Positions 38,794 through 47,701 of a stretch of 64,000 bases of DNA are shown piece by piece. Source of the DNA: a bacterium (lineage in GTDB: Bacteria; Krumholzibacteriota; Krumholzibacteriia; LZORAL124-64-63); the NCBI GenBank assembly GCA_031441465.1, contig JANOEP010000009.1:122149-186148 (forward strand), read 5' to 3'. The position numbers were made by a program, and so were the translations under genes. Positions within the stretch are counted from its first letter, which is position 1; each line of letters begins with the position of its first letter. The notes beneath the pieces were generated by a model that saw nothing but the letters and a program-made list of their open reading frames with translations, searched no databases and was not told the DNA's origin.

Positions 38794-40647
38794 CTACGGT
38801 GCCGATGCCTGACGCGATCGGGCCAGCAGTTCGAGGCCTCTCTTGACATTCGCATTCTCGGGGTCGGCCTGACGGCCGCGGTCGAGCGCCTTGGCGGCGC
38901 CGTTGAGGTCACCTGCGCAGATCAGCACGCTGCCCAGACCCGCCCAGCCGTCCGCGTTGCCGGGCTCCGCGTCCACGACCGTCTGGAACAACCGCTGGGC
39001 TTCCTTGCAATCGGTCGCCCGCAGGCGCGACCATCCCAATTCGCACATCACCTGGCTGTTGGCCGGCTCGTACGCGAGGATCGCCCGGTACTGCTCTTCG
39101 CCGGCTCGGGCCGAGTCGCGGGTGGCGAGCGCCTGGGCCAGCGACAGCCGGCCCTGGGTGTACTGGGGATTGATGGCCACGGCCCGCCGCATGGACGCCA
39201 GCCCGTCCGCGGGGCGGCCGGCGGTGATCAGGGCGATGCCCAGGTTCAGGTGATAGTTCGGCGCGTCCGGCTTGCGCTCGGTCGCGGCCTGGAAGCGGGT
39301 GATGGCCTCCGCCGTGTTCCCCTCGCTGCTCGCGATCATCCCCAATTCGAACTCGATCTGGGGCGACGCCGGGTCGACGAGGGCGGCGCGGGCGGTGCTG
39401 GCTTTGGCGGCTTCCCAGGCGCTGTTCTGGCGCTGGCTCTCGGCCAGGCTCAGCCAGTCGTCGGCCGTCCAGGTGGTGTCGGCGGCCATGGCCGCGAAGG
39501 TCTCCTCGGCGGTCTGCCGCGTCGCCGGCACGGAGCTGCGCAGGCCCGCGCGCACGAAGGCGCGCCGGAGGTCCTTGCGCGAGGGCGCGATGATCATGGC
39601 CTCGCGCGCGGCCTTGGCCGCCTGCTCGACGTGCCCGATCTCCAGGCACGACTTGTTGTAGCTGATGATGGCGTCGACGTCGCGGGGCACCTGGCCGAGG
39701 TAGCGCATGTAGAGCTGCGCGGCCGTCTTGTGCTGGTTCGCCATCTGCATCAGGTCGGCGAGGTCGCGCAGCGCGGGCGCGTAGCTGGAGTCGGCGGACA
39801 CGGCCGACACGTACATGTCGCGGGCGTCGTTGAAGCGGCGCGACGACTGGTAGATGCGGCCGATTTCCGTCAGCAGCTGCGCGGGGACCGCCGCCCCGCA
39901 CTCGAGCTTCGCCTGCTCGAAGGCGGTCAGGGCCATCTCCGTCGAGCCGCGCTGCGTGCAGATCCGGTTGAAGAGCGCCAGGCGGTCCGGGTCCGTCGGA
40001 TCGCTGCTCATGGCGCGCATGGCCTCGCCCTCGGCGAAGTCGAGTTCACCGATGCCTTCATGCAGCAGGGCCATGGCGTAGTTGTACTCGCCCATGGTCG
40101 GCCCCGTATTGGCCAGCGGGGCGGCCTTCTCCAGGATCTGCGCCGCCGTGGTCCACTGTTCCTGCGAGATGAACTGCCGCGCGCGGCCGTAAGCGGTGTT
40201 CCAGCTGTTGGGATCGAGTTCGACCGCCCGCCGGAATTCCGTGGACGCCTTCTCGTAACTGCGCATCCGCAGCAGGACCAGCCCGAGGCCGATCCGGTTG
40301 GCCGGCGATTCCCGGCCGCCGTGATTCATTTCCCAGGCGATCGCTTCGCGGTACAGCTTCTCGGCGTCGGCCGAGCGGTTGCGGCGCCAAGCCAGCTCGG
40401 CAAGGCCGCGCCGGGCGCCGGCGACCTGACAGGAATCCTTCACGGCGCGCTGGAAGAAAGCGCCGGCGGCCGCCAGGCGATACTGGGCGACCGCTTCCAG
40501 GCCGAGCCGGTACGGCTCGCAGCCGGACGCGGTGGGAGCGGCCGCTCGCGCGAGGTCGCTGCCCGCCAACGTCAGAACGACGACGAGGGACAGTCCCGCG
40601 CACCGCAATAAGACGGCTAAGTGATGGAATCGCATCGCGGTCATCAC
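38794..40647 (-). CDS. exported TPR-repeat protein
   Basis: Signal-like N-terminus; many A..ldP / NLG helical repeats. Confidence 0.8.
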   Translation of the reverse strand: MMTAMRFHHLAVLLRCAGLSLVVVLTLAGSDLARAAAPTASGCEPYRLGLEAVAQYRLAAAGAFFQRAVKDSCQVAGARRGLAELAWRRNRSADAEKLYREAIAWEMNHGGRESPANRIGLGLVLLRMRSYEKASTEFRRAVELDPNSWNTAYGRARQFISQEQWTTAAQILEKAAPLANTGPTMGEYNYAMALLHEGIGELDFAEGEAMRAMSSDPTDPDRLALFNRICTQRGSTEMALTAFEQAKLECGAAVPAQLLTEIGRIYQSSRRFNDARDMYVSAVSADSSYAPALRDLADLMQMANQHKTAAQLYMRYLGQVPRDVDAIISYNKSCLEIGHVEQAAKAAREAMIIAPSRKDLRRAFVRAGLRSSVPATRQTAEETFAAMAADTTWTADDWLSLAESQRQNSAWEAAKASTARAALVDPASPQIEFELGMIASSEGNTAEAITRFQAATERKPDAPNYHLNLGIALITAGRPADGLASMRRAVAINPQYTQGRLSLAQALATRDSARAGEEQYRAILAYEPANSQVMCELGWSRLRATDCKEAQRLFQTVVDAEPGNADGWAGLGSVLICAGDLNGAAKALDRGRQADPENANVKRGLELLARSRQASAP

Positions 40648-41032
40648 GCTCTTTCACGGCTCGCCGGATTGGATTATCCGCCTGGAGCCCCCTATAGATA
40701 TGGCTTTCCCGCCAGCCAGTCAAGGCTCTTGACCTCGATCCCGGCACAGGGAGTTCGGTGGATTTGCGGTCCCTCCGGAGCCTCGTTCAAGGGTGATAAT
40801 ACGGAATTTACCGCACGCGGTCGAGTCTCCTGAAATCCTCGCTCCGGCGGAGGTTCCGGAGCCGGGCGACTCGATGCGGCGACGCGACGGAGATGATAGT
40901 CTTGCCGACGACCCTATGTTCCAGGAAGTCCTGTAGGTTTTAACACCCGATCCCGGATACAGGACTCGATGGGCGTCAGACGGACCTCGCGGCGGGCCTA
41001 GTCGATGCGCAGGGAGCGCGCCAGACCGCGGT

Positions 41033-42133
41033 TCAGGGCCCCACGGCGGGCTTGCGACGCATGAAATGGCGGGAGTCGCCCCACTCGTTCAAGGCGACGG
41101 TGCGGCCGGCGGTCTCGACCCGGTGCTGCAGGCAGAGGCGGCACGTCTCGCGCCCCTCGTCCAGGCAGGGCTTGCCCTCGTACAGTTGGTAATTCCGGCG
41201 GGCGCCCTGGGGCGTGAGGTTGGGCATGATCACGTTGGCCCCGCAGGCGATCCCCTGTTCGCGCCCGTCCTCGACCAGGGCCTGCAGCGCCGTGGTGGCG
41301 GCGATGTTGACGTCCGGGAGCGCCAGGCGCACGGCCGCGATCATGTTCAGGGACAGCGACAGCAGCCGGTCCTTCGGCATCATCCCCAGCTCGCGCATCG
41401 GCGACTGCTCGTGCACGATGTAGGGTCCCATGCCGATCATGTCCACGTCGTGGCGGCGGAAGAACAGGATGTCGTCGGCCAGATCTTCGACGGTCTGCCT
41501 GGGGATGCCGATCATCACGCCGGTGCCGACCTGGAACCCCGCCTCGCGCAGCGACGCGAGGCAGGCCAGGCGGTCCTCGAAACGCTGGGCCGCCGGGTGC
41601 AGGCGCGCGAACAGCGCGGGGTTGGTGGTCTCGATGCGCAGCAGGTAGCGGTGGGCGCCGGCCGCGCGGAAGCGGCGGTAGACGTCCAGGGAATGTTCGC
41701 CGACCGACAGCGTGATGCCCAGCCCGTCGGGCAGCGCGGGGCCGCGGCTGCGCTCCCTGATCTCCAGAACGCACCCCTCGACGAAGTCGACGAACGCATC
41801 GTCCCACATCTCGCCGGACTGCAGCACGCAGGAGCCGTAGCCCATCGCGGCCGCCCAGAGGGCGCAGTCCACGACCTCCTCGCGGGACAGACAATAGCGC
41901 TCCACCTCGCGGTTGCCGGCGCGGATCCCGCAGTAGTGGCAGTTGCGGGCACACTCGTTGCTGAACTCGACGATGCCGCGGTAGTACACCTTGTCGCCGA
42001 CCGCGCGCGTCGCGGTGTCGAAGGCGGCTCGGCGCAGGCGGGCGACGTCCTCGGGGGCGGTCAGGGACAGCAGGAAGACCAGGTCCTCGCGGGCGAGGTC
42101 CGGGGAAGCGAGGGTGGTGGTCAGTCGATCCAT
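41033..42133 (-). CDS. hydE: [FeFe]-hydrogenase maturase HydE-like radical SAM enzyme
   Basis: CARNCHYC, YLLRIET, GANVIMPN, YQLYEGK. Confidence 0.82.
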   Translation of the reverse strand: MDRLTTTLASPDLAREDLVFLLSLTAPEDVARLRRAAFDTATRAVGDKVYYRGIVEFSNECARNCHYCGIRAGNREVERYCLSREEVVDCALWAAAMGYGSCVLQSGEMWDDAFVDFVEGCVLEIRERSRGPALPDGLGITLSVGEHSLDVYRRFRAAGAHRYLLRIETTNPALFARLHPAAQRFEDRLACLASLREAGFQVGTGVMIGIPRQTVEDLADDILFFRRHDVDMIGMGPYIVHEQSPMRELGMMPKDRLLSLSLNMIAAVRLALPDVNIAATTALQALVEDGREQGIACGANVIMPNLTPQGARRNYQLYEGKPCLDEGRETCRLCLQHRVETAGRTVALNEWGDSRHFMRRKPAVGP

Positions 42134-42300
42134 GTCGGGGCCCGACCTAACGGCTGAAGACCGAGGCTATCGATCGGTGGGGCAAAGATATCCACCGGCA
42201 GTCCCGTCGGCAACGAAGAGGGTCTGAAGACGGGGGATTGCAACCGATCGATGTCACGACGCACCTACGCGGCTCACCTCACCGCCGGGACGAAGCGTGC

Positions 42301-42329
42301 TTGACATTCCCTAATATGTATCGTATAGT
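42301..42329 (+). promoter_or_regulatory. sigma-70 promoter
   Basis: TTGACA-17 bp-TATAGT in an AT-rich patch. Confidence 0.8.
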
Positions 42330-42358
42330 GCGCAATATCAGCAATAAAGGATACTAGA

Positions 42359-42958
42359 TTGAGCCAATTTGAACAGCTCGAGACGGCCCTTCGGCTTCTG
42401 AACGGGCGCTTGGCGCTGTCCGGAGCCCCGCATTACGGCTTGGTCGTTTGTGGTGGTACCGCGCTGATCGCGGCCAATCTGGTGCAACGCGCGACCCGCG
42501 ATGTCGACATCGTCGCGCTGGCGGACACCTCCGGCAGATTGATCGATCCGGCGCCGCTTCCGGAACCGCTCGTCAACGCCGCCAGGGAAGTCGCCGTCGA
42601 TCTGGGGCTCCCGTTCGACTGGCTCAACAACGGCCCCAGCAGTGATGACGGCGGTCTCTACCGCCTCGGTCTACCGCGGGATTTCGCCGCTCGATTGAGC
42701 TGGCGGGAATTCGGCGGGAAGCTGGCCGTCGCCTTCGTCGGTCGGTTCGATCAAATCCACTTCAAGCTCTACGCCGCCGTCGATCAGTACGGCGGCTACC
42801 ACGCCACGGACCTGCAGGCGTTGCATCCGGCAGACGAGGAACTGCTCGCTGCCGCAGCCTGGTCGAGAAGCCACGATCCGTCCGCCGGATACCTGGAAAG
42901 CCTGAAGACCTTCTTGCGGGAGTTCGGCTATGAGCATCTCGTCGAGCGAATTCTATAA
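42359..42958 (+). CDS. nucleotidyltransferase, DUF6036/AbiEii-like
   Basis: GGTAL...RATRDVD, WLNNGP, KLYA; TTG start with AAGGA RBS. Confidence 0.75.
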   Translation: MSQFEQLETALRLLNGRLALSGAPHYGLVVCGGTALIAANLVQRATRDVDIVALADTSGRLIDPAPLPEPLVNAAREVAVDLGLPFDWLNNGPSSDDGGLYRLGLPRDFAARLSWREFGGKLAVAFVGRFDQIHFKLYAAVDQYGGYHATDLQALHPADEELLAAAAWSRSHDPSAGYLESLKTFLREFGYEHLVERIL

Positions 42959-43955
42959 CATCGTCCTCGACAGGCTTCTGGGCCTGCTCTGGCGGCAATG
43001 GTCCGCCATCGGCGTGTCCGGTTACAGCGACGCGGCGGAAACGACCGTCGTCGATCCGGAAGCCCTGCTTCTTCTCACCTTGACGGTCGCGCGGCACGAT
43101 CCGCGGCTGTACGACGAGGTCCTGGGCTGGTTGGGAGGAAACGGCGACATCCTGAACGTCCAGCGTCTCCAGAACATCGCGAAGCGTTCCGATCCGCGGG
43201 CTCAGGCCGCACTCGGCGCGGTCGCCGAGATGCTCAGCGGCAGATCATCCTCAGCGCTCAAGTGGAAGACACTCTCTGCAACCTGCGTCCCGGCCGAGGC
43301 GACGCCGCTGTTCTACATGGCCGACGGGCGCTCGATGCCGACGCCCGACGAATGCGATGAGATCTTCCACCGTCACGGCTTCCTGCGCCCCCGCATCCTG
43401 AAACGGCGGCATACCCCAGCGTTCCCGAAGGAAGGCGCGGCCACGCTGTTGTTGCGCCTGCGAGCGCTGCTCGGTGTGAGCGTCCGCTGCGAAGTCCTTT
43501 GCCTGCTCGGAGCGCATGACGAAATCCACCCGGCTCTCGCCGCCCAGCTGCTCGGTCTTGCTCCGCGCTCGGTGCAGAACCTGTTGGCTGAGATGGCCCG
43601 CTCCGGCGTCGTGCAAGTGCGCACCAGCGCCCGCAAGAAGTCCTACGCACTCGTTTCCGGATCGCTCGACGACTTGTTGCGGCCGGACGGACGGACGCCC
43701 TGGGTGAATTCCGTACCGCTGTTCCAGGCGCTCGAGCGCCTCTGGAGCGGTTTGTCGGATCCACGGCGACCAGACCTCGAACCGCTCCTGCTGGCCTCCC
43801 AGTGGCGGCGACTGGCAGCGGAGATCAGGCCGTTGCTCGGGGATGCCGGATTGGGTCAGCCGCTGAGGGATGGCGCCGGCTATCCGGGTGCGGAGTATTA
43901 CGAGGTGTTCATCGAAGACACCATCAGGATCCTGGACGGCATCCCGCAGCAGTAG
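42930..43955 (+). CDS. hypothetical protein with internal HTH, overlapping the nucleotidyltransferase gene
   Basis: 341-aa ORF, 29-nt overlap; HTH-like AAQLLGLAPRSVQNLLAEMARSG. Confidence 0.7.
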   Translation: MSISSSEFYNIVLDRLLGLLWRQWSAIGVSGYSDAAETTVVDPEALLLLTLTVARHDPRLYDEVLGWLGGNGDILNVQRLQNIAKRSDPRAQAALGAVAEMLSGRSSSALKWKTLSATCVPAEATPLFYMADGRSMPTPDECDEIFHRHGFLRPRILKRRHTPAFPKEGAATLLLRLRALLGVSVRCEVLCLLGAHDEIHPALAAQLLGLAPRSVQNLLAEMARSGVVQVRTSARKKSYALVSGSLDDLLRPDGRTPWVNSVPLFQALERLWSGLSDPRRPDLEPLLLASQWRRLAAEIRPLLGDAGLGQPLRDGAGYPGAEYYEVFIEDTIRILDGIPQQ

Positions 43956-44014
43956 ACCCGACCACCGACCTCGTGTGAGGAGCGGCGTGGGTGGCCGTTC
44001 AGGGGGAACACCCT

Positions 44015-46108
44015 TCAGCGCACCCGCGCCGGCAGGATGACCATCGTCTTGCCGTTCCACTGCAGTCGCTTCTGGATGGCGAACGCGGTGTCGTTGTGCA
44101 GCAGGTGCTGGAACCACTGGTCGCGCTGGAAGATGACCTGGCCGGCGAAGAACGTCACGTCGTGGAATTCGCGGGCGACGGACAGGCAGAGCTTCTCGGC
44201 CTCGTCCACCACATCGGTGCCCAGGCCGGTGCGGCCCACGGCCGGCAGGCCGATCCGCTCCGCCAGATCGACGTACTTCTGCACGGTGGCCTCGGAGCGG
44301 GCCTGGAGCGCCTCGATCGCGTCCGCGCCCTTGAACTCGCCGGTGTCCACGACGCCCACGCAGATCACGACCAGGTTCTTGTAGTGGTCCTTGAAGGCCC
44401 GCTTGATGGTCAGCATGGTGTGCACGCCGAGCCCGCTGTAGCCGGCGACCAGCAGCGCGGCGGTGGGTTTGCTGGGGTCGAACGGCGGCAGCGCGTCGGG
44501 GGTGCGCTCCTCGACCGCGGCCACGACCGGCTTCATCTCCTGGAAGAGCTGGGCGAGCTTGCGGCCGAACAACCGGTAATGCGAGCGGACGAGGAAGCAC
44601 AGGCCCAGCAGCACGGCGGTCACGCCGATGGTGACCCAGCCCCCCTCGCCGAACTTCTCGATCGTGGTGACGATCAGCACCGTCACGCACAGCACCAGGC
44701 CGGTGACGAAGATCCCCAGCCGCCGCCGCCAGTGCGCCCGGCTGGCGCGGGACTTCAGCACCCAGACCGTCATCGCCAGCATCGAGAGCGAGAAGGTCAG
44801 GAACACGTTGATGCTGTACATGACCACCAGGCTGCGCACGTTGCCGCGCGTGTACAGCAGCACCGCCAGCGCGAGGGCGCCCATCAGGACGATGCCGTTC
44901 AGGGTGGTCAGCCGACCCGAAAGCGTGGCGAAGCGCCGCGGCACCCAGTTGTCCAGGGCCATGTTCGACAGCACCTGCGGGCCGCCGACGAAGCCGGACT
45001 GGGCGCCGACCACCAGCAGCAGGCCCTCCGACAGCAGCGTGATCCAGACCAGGGCCATGCCGAACGGCAGCCCGCCGGCCATCCGCTCGAACAAGACGGC
45101 GTTCATGGTCTTGCCCTCGGAGGGAGAAACGTGCCACAGCAAGTAGCAGACCAGCAGCCCGCCGGCCATGAACGACAGCGAGGCCGCCATGTAGGTCATG
45201 GTCCGCTTGCCGGTCTTGGCCCGCGGCTCGCGCATGATGGGCAGGCCGTTGGACACGGCCTCGATGCCGGTGTAGGTGCCGCCGCCCATCGAGTAGGCCT
45301 TCAGCAGCAGCGCGGCCATGCCCCCGAAGCCCAGCGTCTGCATCCCCATCGAGAACCCGCCGTGGACGTTGGCGGCGACTTCCGGGATCTGCCCGGCGTG
45401 CGTGAAGATGCCCATCAGGATGGCCAGCACGTGCGTCGCCAGGAACACCATGAAGATGGGCAGCAGGACCATCACCGACTCGCGCAGGCCCCGGATGTTC
45501 AGCACGATGAGGCCTGACACGAGGATGACCTCGGTCCCCAGCTTCATGCCGTGCCAGCCCAGCGGCAAGAAGCTGAAGACGGCGTCGCCGGCGGCGGCGA
45601 TCGAGACCGCGATGGTCAGCACATAGTCCACGAGCAGGGCGCAGCCCGAGACGACGCCCACCTTGTCGCCCAGCAGCTTGGTCGCCACGACGTAGCCGCC
45701 GCCGCCGTGGGGGAACTCCTCGATGATGCGCTTGTAGGCCGCCGAGATCACGAACACGGTGCCCGCGGTCATCAGGGCCAGGATCAGCAGCAGGTAGGTG
45801 TGGTCGCCCAGGGCCCGGAAGGCCTCGTCGGGACCGTAGGAGGACGAGGAGAGGCCGTCGGCGCCCAGGCCGACCCAGGCCAAAAACGGCACCAGGGTCA
45901 GGCGGTGGAAGATGCCCGAGTCGGCCAGGCTGCGGGGGCCGCCGATCAGGAAGAGGCGGACTCGGTCCAGGCGGGACAGCGGCTCGTCGTGACCGGGGGG
46001 GCCGGCAGTGGGCAGCGGCGGAACCGAGGGCTTCGGCGGAACCGAGGGCGTCGTCGGGACCGGAGGTTCCGGCGTGGCCGGCAACTCCGGGGGCAGCTGG
46101 GGGTCCAT
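44015..46108 (-). CDS. kimA: APC-superfamily transporter, KimA/YdaO-like K+ importer
   Basis: GADGLSSSSYG, GGGYVVA, LLVDYVLT, YTGIEAVSNG; c-di-AMP riboswitch upstream. Confidence 0.78.
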   Translation of the reverse strand: MDPQLPPELPATPEPPVPTTPSVPPKPSVPPLPTAGPPGHDEPLSRLDRVRLFLIGGPRSLADSGIFHRLTLVPFLAWVGLGADGLSSSSYGPDEAFRALGDHTYLLLILALMTAGTVFVISAAYKRIIEEFPHGGGGYVVATKLLGDKVGVVSGCALLVDYVLTIAVSIAAAGDAVFSFLPLGWHGMKLGTEVILVSGLIVLNIRGLRESVMVLLPIFMVFLATHVLAILMGIFTHAGQIPEVAANVHGGFSMGMQTLGFGGMAALLLKAYSMGGGTYTGIEAVSNGLPIMREPRAKTGKRTMTYMAASLSFMAGGLLVCYLLWHVSPSEGKTMNAVLFERMAGGLPFGMALVWITLLSEGLLLVVGAQSGFVGGPQVLSNMALDNWVPRRFATLSGRLTTLNGIVLMGALALAVLLYTRGNVRSLVVMYSINVFLTFSLSMLAMTVWVLKSRASRAHWRRRLGIFVTGLVLCVTVLIVTTIEKFGEGGWVTIGVTAVLLGLCFLVRSHYRLFGRKLAQLFQEMKPVVAAVEERTPDALPPFDPSKPTAALLVAGYSGLGVHTMLTIKRAFKDHYKNLVVICVGVVDTGEFKGADAIEALQARSEATVQKYVDLAERIGLPAVGRTGLGTDVVDEAEKLCLSVAREFHDVTFFAGQVIFQRDQWFQHLLHNDTAFAIQKRLQWNGKTMVILPARVR

Positions 46109-46117
46109 CTTGCTCCT

Positions 46118-46235
46118 ATTCGACGCCTACGGGGTTAGCTGACGGGCTCGGGCCGAATAGTCGCCCTACGCCTCGCGGCGATACGCCCCAAGATTGGGTC
46201 CCCCGCTCCCGCTCCCGCGGGACTCGACGTTCGGG
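46118..46235 (-). ncRNA. c-di-AMP riboswitch (ydaO-yuaA class)
   Basis: Minus strand reads GTCGAGTCC...GGGGGACCCA...TGGGGCGTATC...TAGGG...CCCGAGCCCGTCAGCTAACCCCGTAGGC, the hallmark segments of the class, directly before AGGAG-ATG. Confidence 0.9.
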
Positions 46236-46302
46236 CCACGACGACGATCGAGCGCAGAATATCCGCGCAGACCGGGGTCTAGACAAGGGCAATTCGCTCC
46301 CG

Positions 46303-46818
46303 TCAGCGCAACAACCCCTTCACGAAGTCCGTGCGGTCGACGTTGGCGACGTGGGTGAACCACTCGTCCTGGAACTTGTAGACCAGGATGCCCAGCCAGA
46401 TCCAGACCAGCCGGGCGCGGTAGATCGCCTGCACGCGGTCCCAGCCGCGGAAGCGGGCGATGGTGGCGTAGACCAGGAACAGGGGTTCGAGCAGGTTCGG
46501 GAAGCAGAAGAAGTAGAACTCGTTCTGGGTGACGAAGAACAGGACCTGCCCGACGGTGCGCAGGGCGAAGGCGGCGGTGATCTCCCGGCGGATGGGCTGC
46601 CGCCAGCCCCAGACGAAGATGAACAGGTAGCCGACCCAGTCCGACGACTTGTCGAGGTTCTGGTAGAGGGCGTTGTCGAGGCCGGCGGGGATCAGCAGGT
46701 CGCCGTCGATCGAGTCCAGGATCCAGTTGGCCCAGCCGGCGGCGAAGGGGAAGCGCAGAAAGAGCACCGGCAGCAGGAACTTCAGGGCGACGATGACGAT
46801 GATCAGGGCGAGGTTCAT
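46303..46818 (-). CDS. small integral membrane protein (CDP-alcohol phosphotransferase-like motif)
   Basis: Hydrophobic; DSIDG...DKSSD resembles DxxDG...DxxxD. Confidence 0.6.
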   Translation of the reverse strand: MNLALIIVIVALKFLLPVLFLRFPFAAGWANWILDSIDGDLLIPAGLDNALYQNLDKSSDWVGYLFIFVWGWRQPIRREITAAFALRTVGQVLFFVTQNEFYFFCFPNLLEPLFLVYATIARFRGWDRVQAIYRARLVWIWLGILVYKFQDEWFTHVANVDRTDFVKGLLR

Positions 46819-46951
46819 GGTCACCACCAGGCAGAGCGGCCCACGCCGATGGCGACACCGCGGGCCGGCGCCACCCGTCAGGACATGCCGGGGATTATCG
46901 CGATCTTGACCGGCGCGATCAATGATTCTCCCGGGCGCCGGCGGCCGGGGC

Positions 46952-47010
46952 TTGCCCCTTCATCGGTCTTGGTGTTACATTGTCTCGGCATATATCAATG
47001 AAAGCCGAGA
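46952..47010 (+). promoter_or_regulatory. putative promoter and operator of the abiEi-like gene
   Basis: TTGCCC-18 bp-TACATT, followed by inverted repeat TCTCGGC-N14-GCCGAGA. Confidence 0.5.
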
Positions 47011-47014
47011 TTTT

Positions 47015-47617
47015 GTGACAAATGAAGTTCCGCCCAAGGCGCAAGCCCTGTTCGAAAAGGCCGGCATCGCCCGCTCCCAGGATCTCGAGCAGGCCGGCGT
47101 CACGCGCACCCAGCTCGCCCGGCTGCTCACGCGCGGTCTGATCGAGCGCTCGGGGCGGGGCCTGTACAAGCTGCCCGGCACCGCAGCCTCGGATCGGCTC
47201 GCCTTCGCGGCGGCCGCGCACCGCGTGCCCGGGGGCGTGCTCTGCCTGCTCTCCGCGCTGCGGTTCCACGGCCTGACCACGCAGAACCCGCACGAGGTCT
47301 GGATGGCGATCGAGAACAAGGCCTGGCGGTCGAAGACCAAGAACCCGCCGCTGCGGCTGATCTACCTCACGGGCCCGGCGCTGCACGAGGGCGTCGAGGT
47401 GCACGACATCGAGGGGGTCAAGGTGCGGGTCTTCTGTGCGGCCAAGACCATCGCGGACTGCTTCAAGTTCCGCAACAAGATCGGCATCGACATCGCCGTC
47501 GAGGCTTTGCGGGACTACCGGGTGATCCACCCCAAGGGGCTGGACGGGGTTTGGCGGTTCGCGGAGGTGAACCGGATGGTGCGGGTGTTGGAGCCTTATT
47601 TGGAGAGTCTTAGGTGA
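47015..47617 (+). CDS. type IV TA antitoxin AbiEi-family transcriptional regulator
   Basis: L.R.GRGLY, CLLSAL.FHGLTTQ.PHEVW.AI, KTIADCFKFRNKIG.D.A.EAL. Confidence 0.85.
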   Translation: MTNEVPPKAQALFEKAGIARSQDLEQAGVTRTQLARLLTRGLIERSGRGLYKLPGTAASDRLAFAAAAHRVPGGVLCLLSALRFHGLTTQNPHEVWMAIENKAWRSKTKNPPLRLIYLTGPALHEGVEVHDIEGVKVRVFCAAKTIADCFKFRNKIGIDIAVEALRDYRVIHPKGLDGVWRFAEVNRMVRVLEPYLESLR

Positions 47618-47701
47618 GTTGGGGGGCTCGCAAGAACTTCCGCGGAGTGGACGTGGCTCGGGTGCTGAGCCGCTTGGGGGTGTGGTCACCCGCGCCCGAT
47701 G

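Noticed and set aside
41033..42133. PylB or biotin synthase assignment
   Set aside because: YLLRIET, GANVIMPN and YQLY fit HydE better, and no pyl or bio genes are nearby.
42169..42252. 10-bp inverted repeat ATCGATCGGT/ACCGATCGAT upstream of hydE
   Set aside because: Short, no target duplication and no second copy, so not supportable as a MITE or operator.
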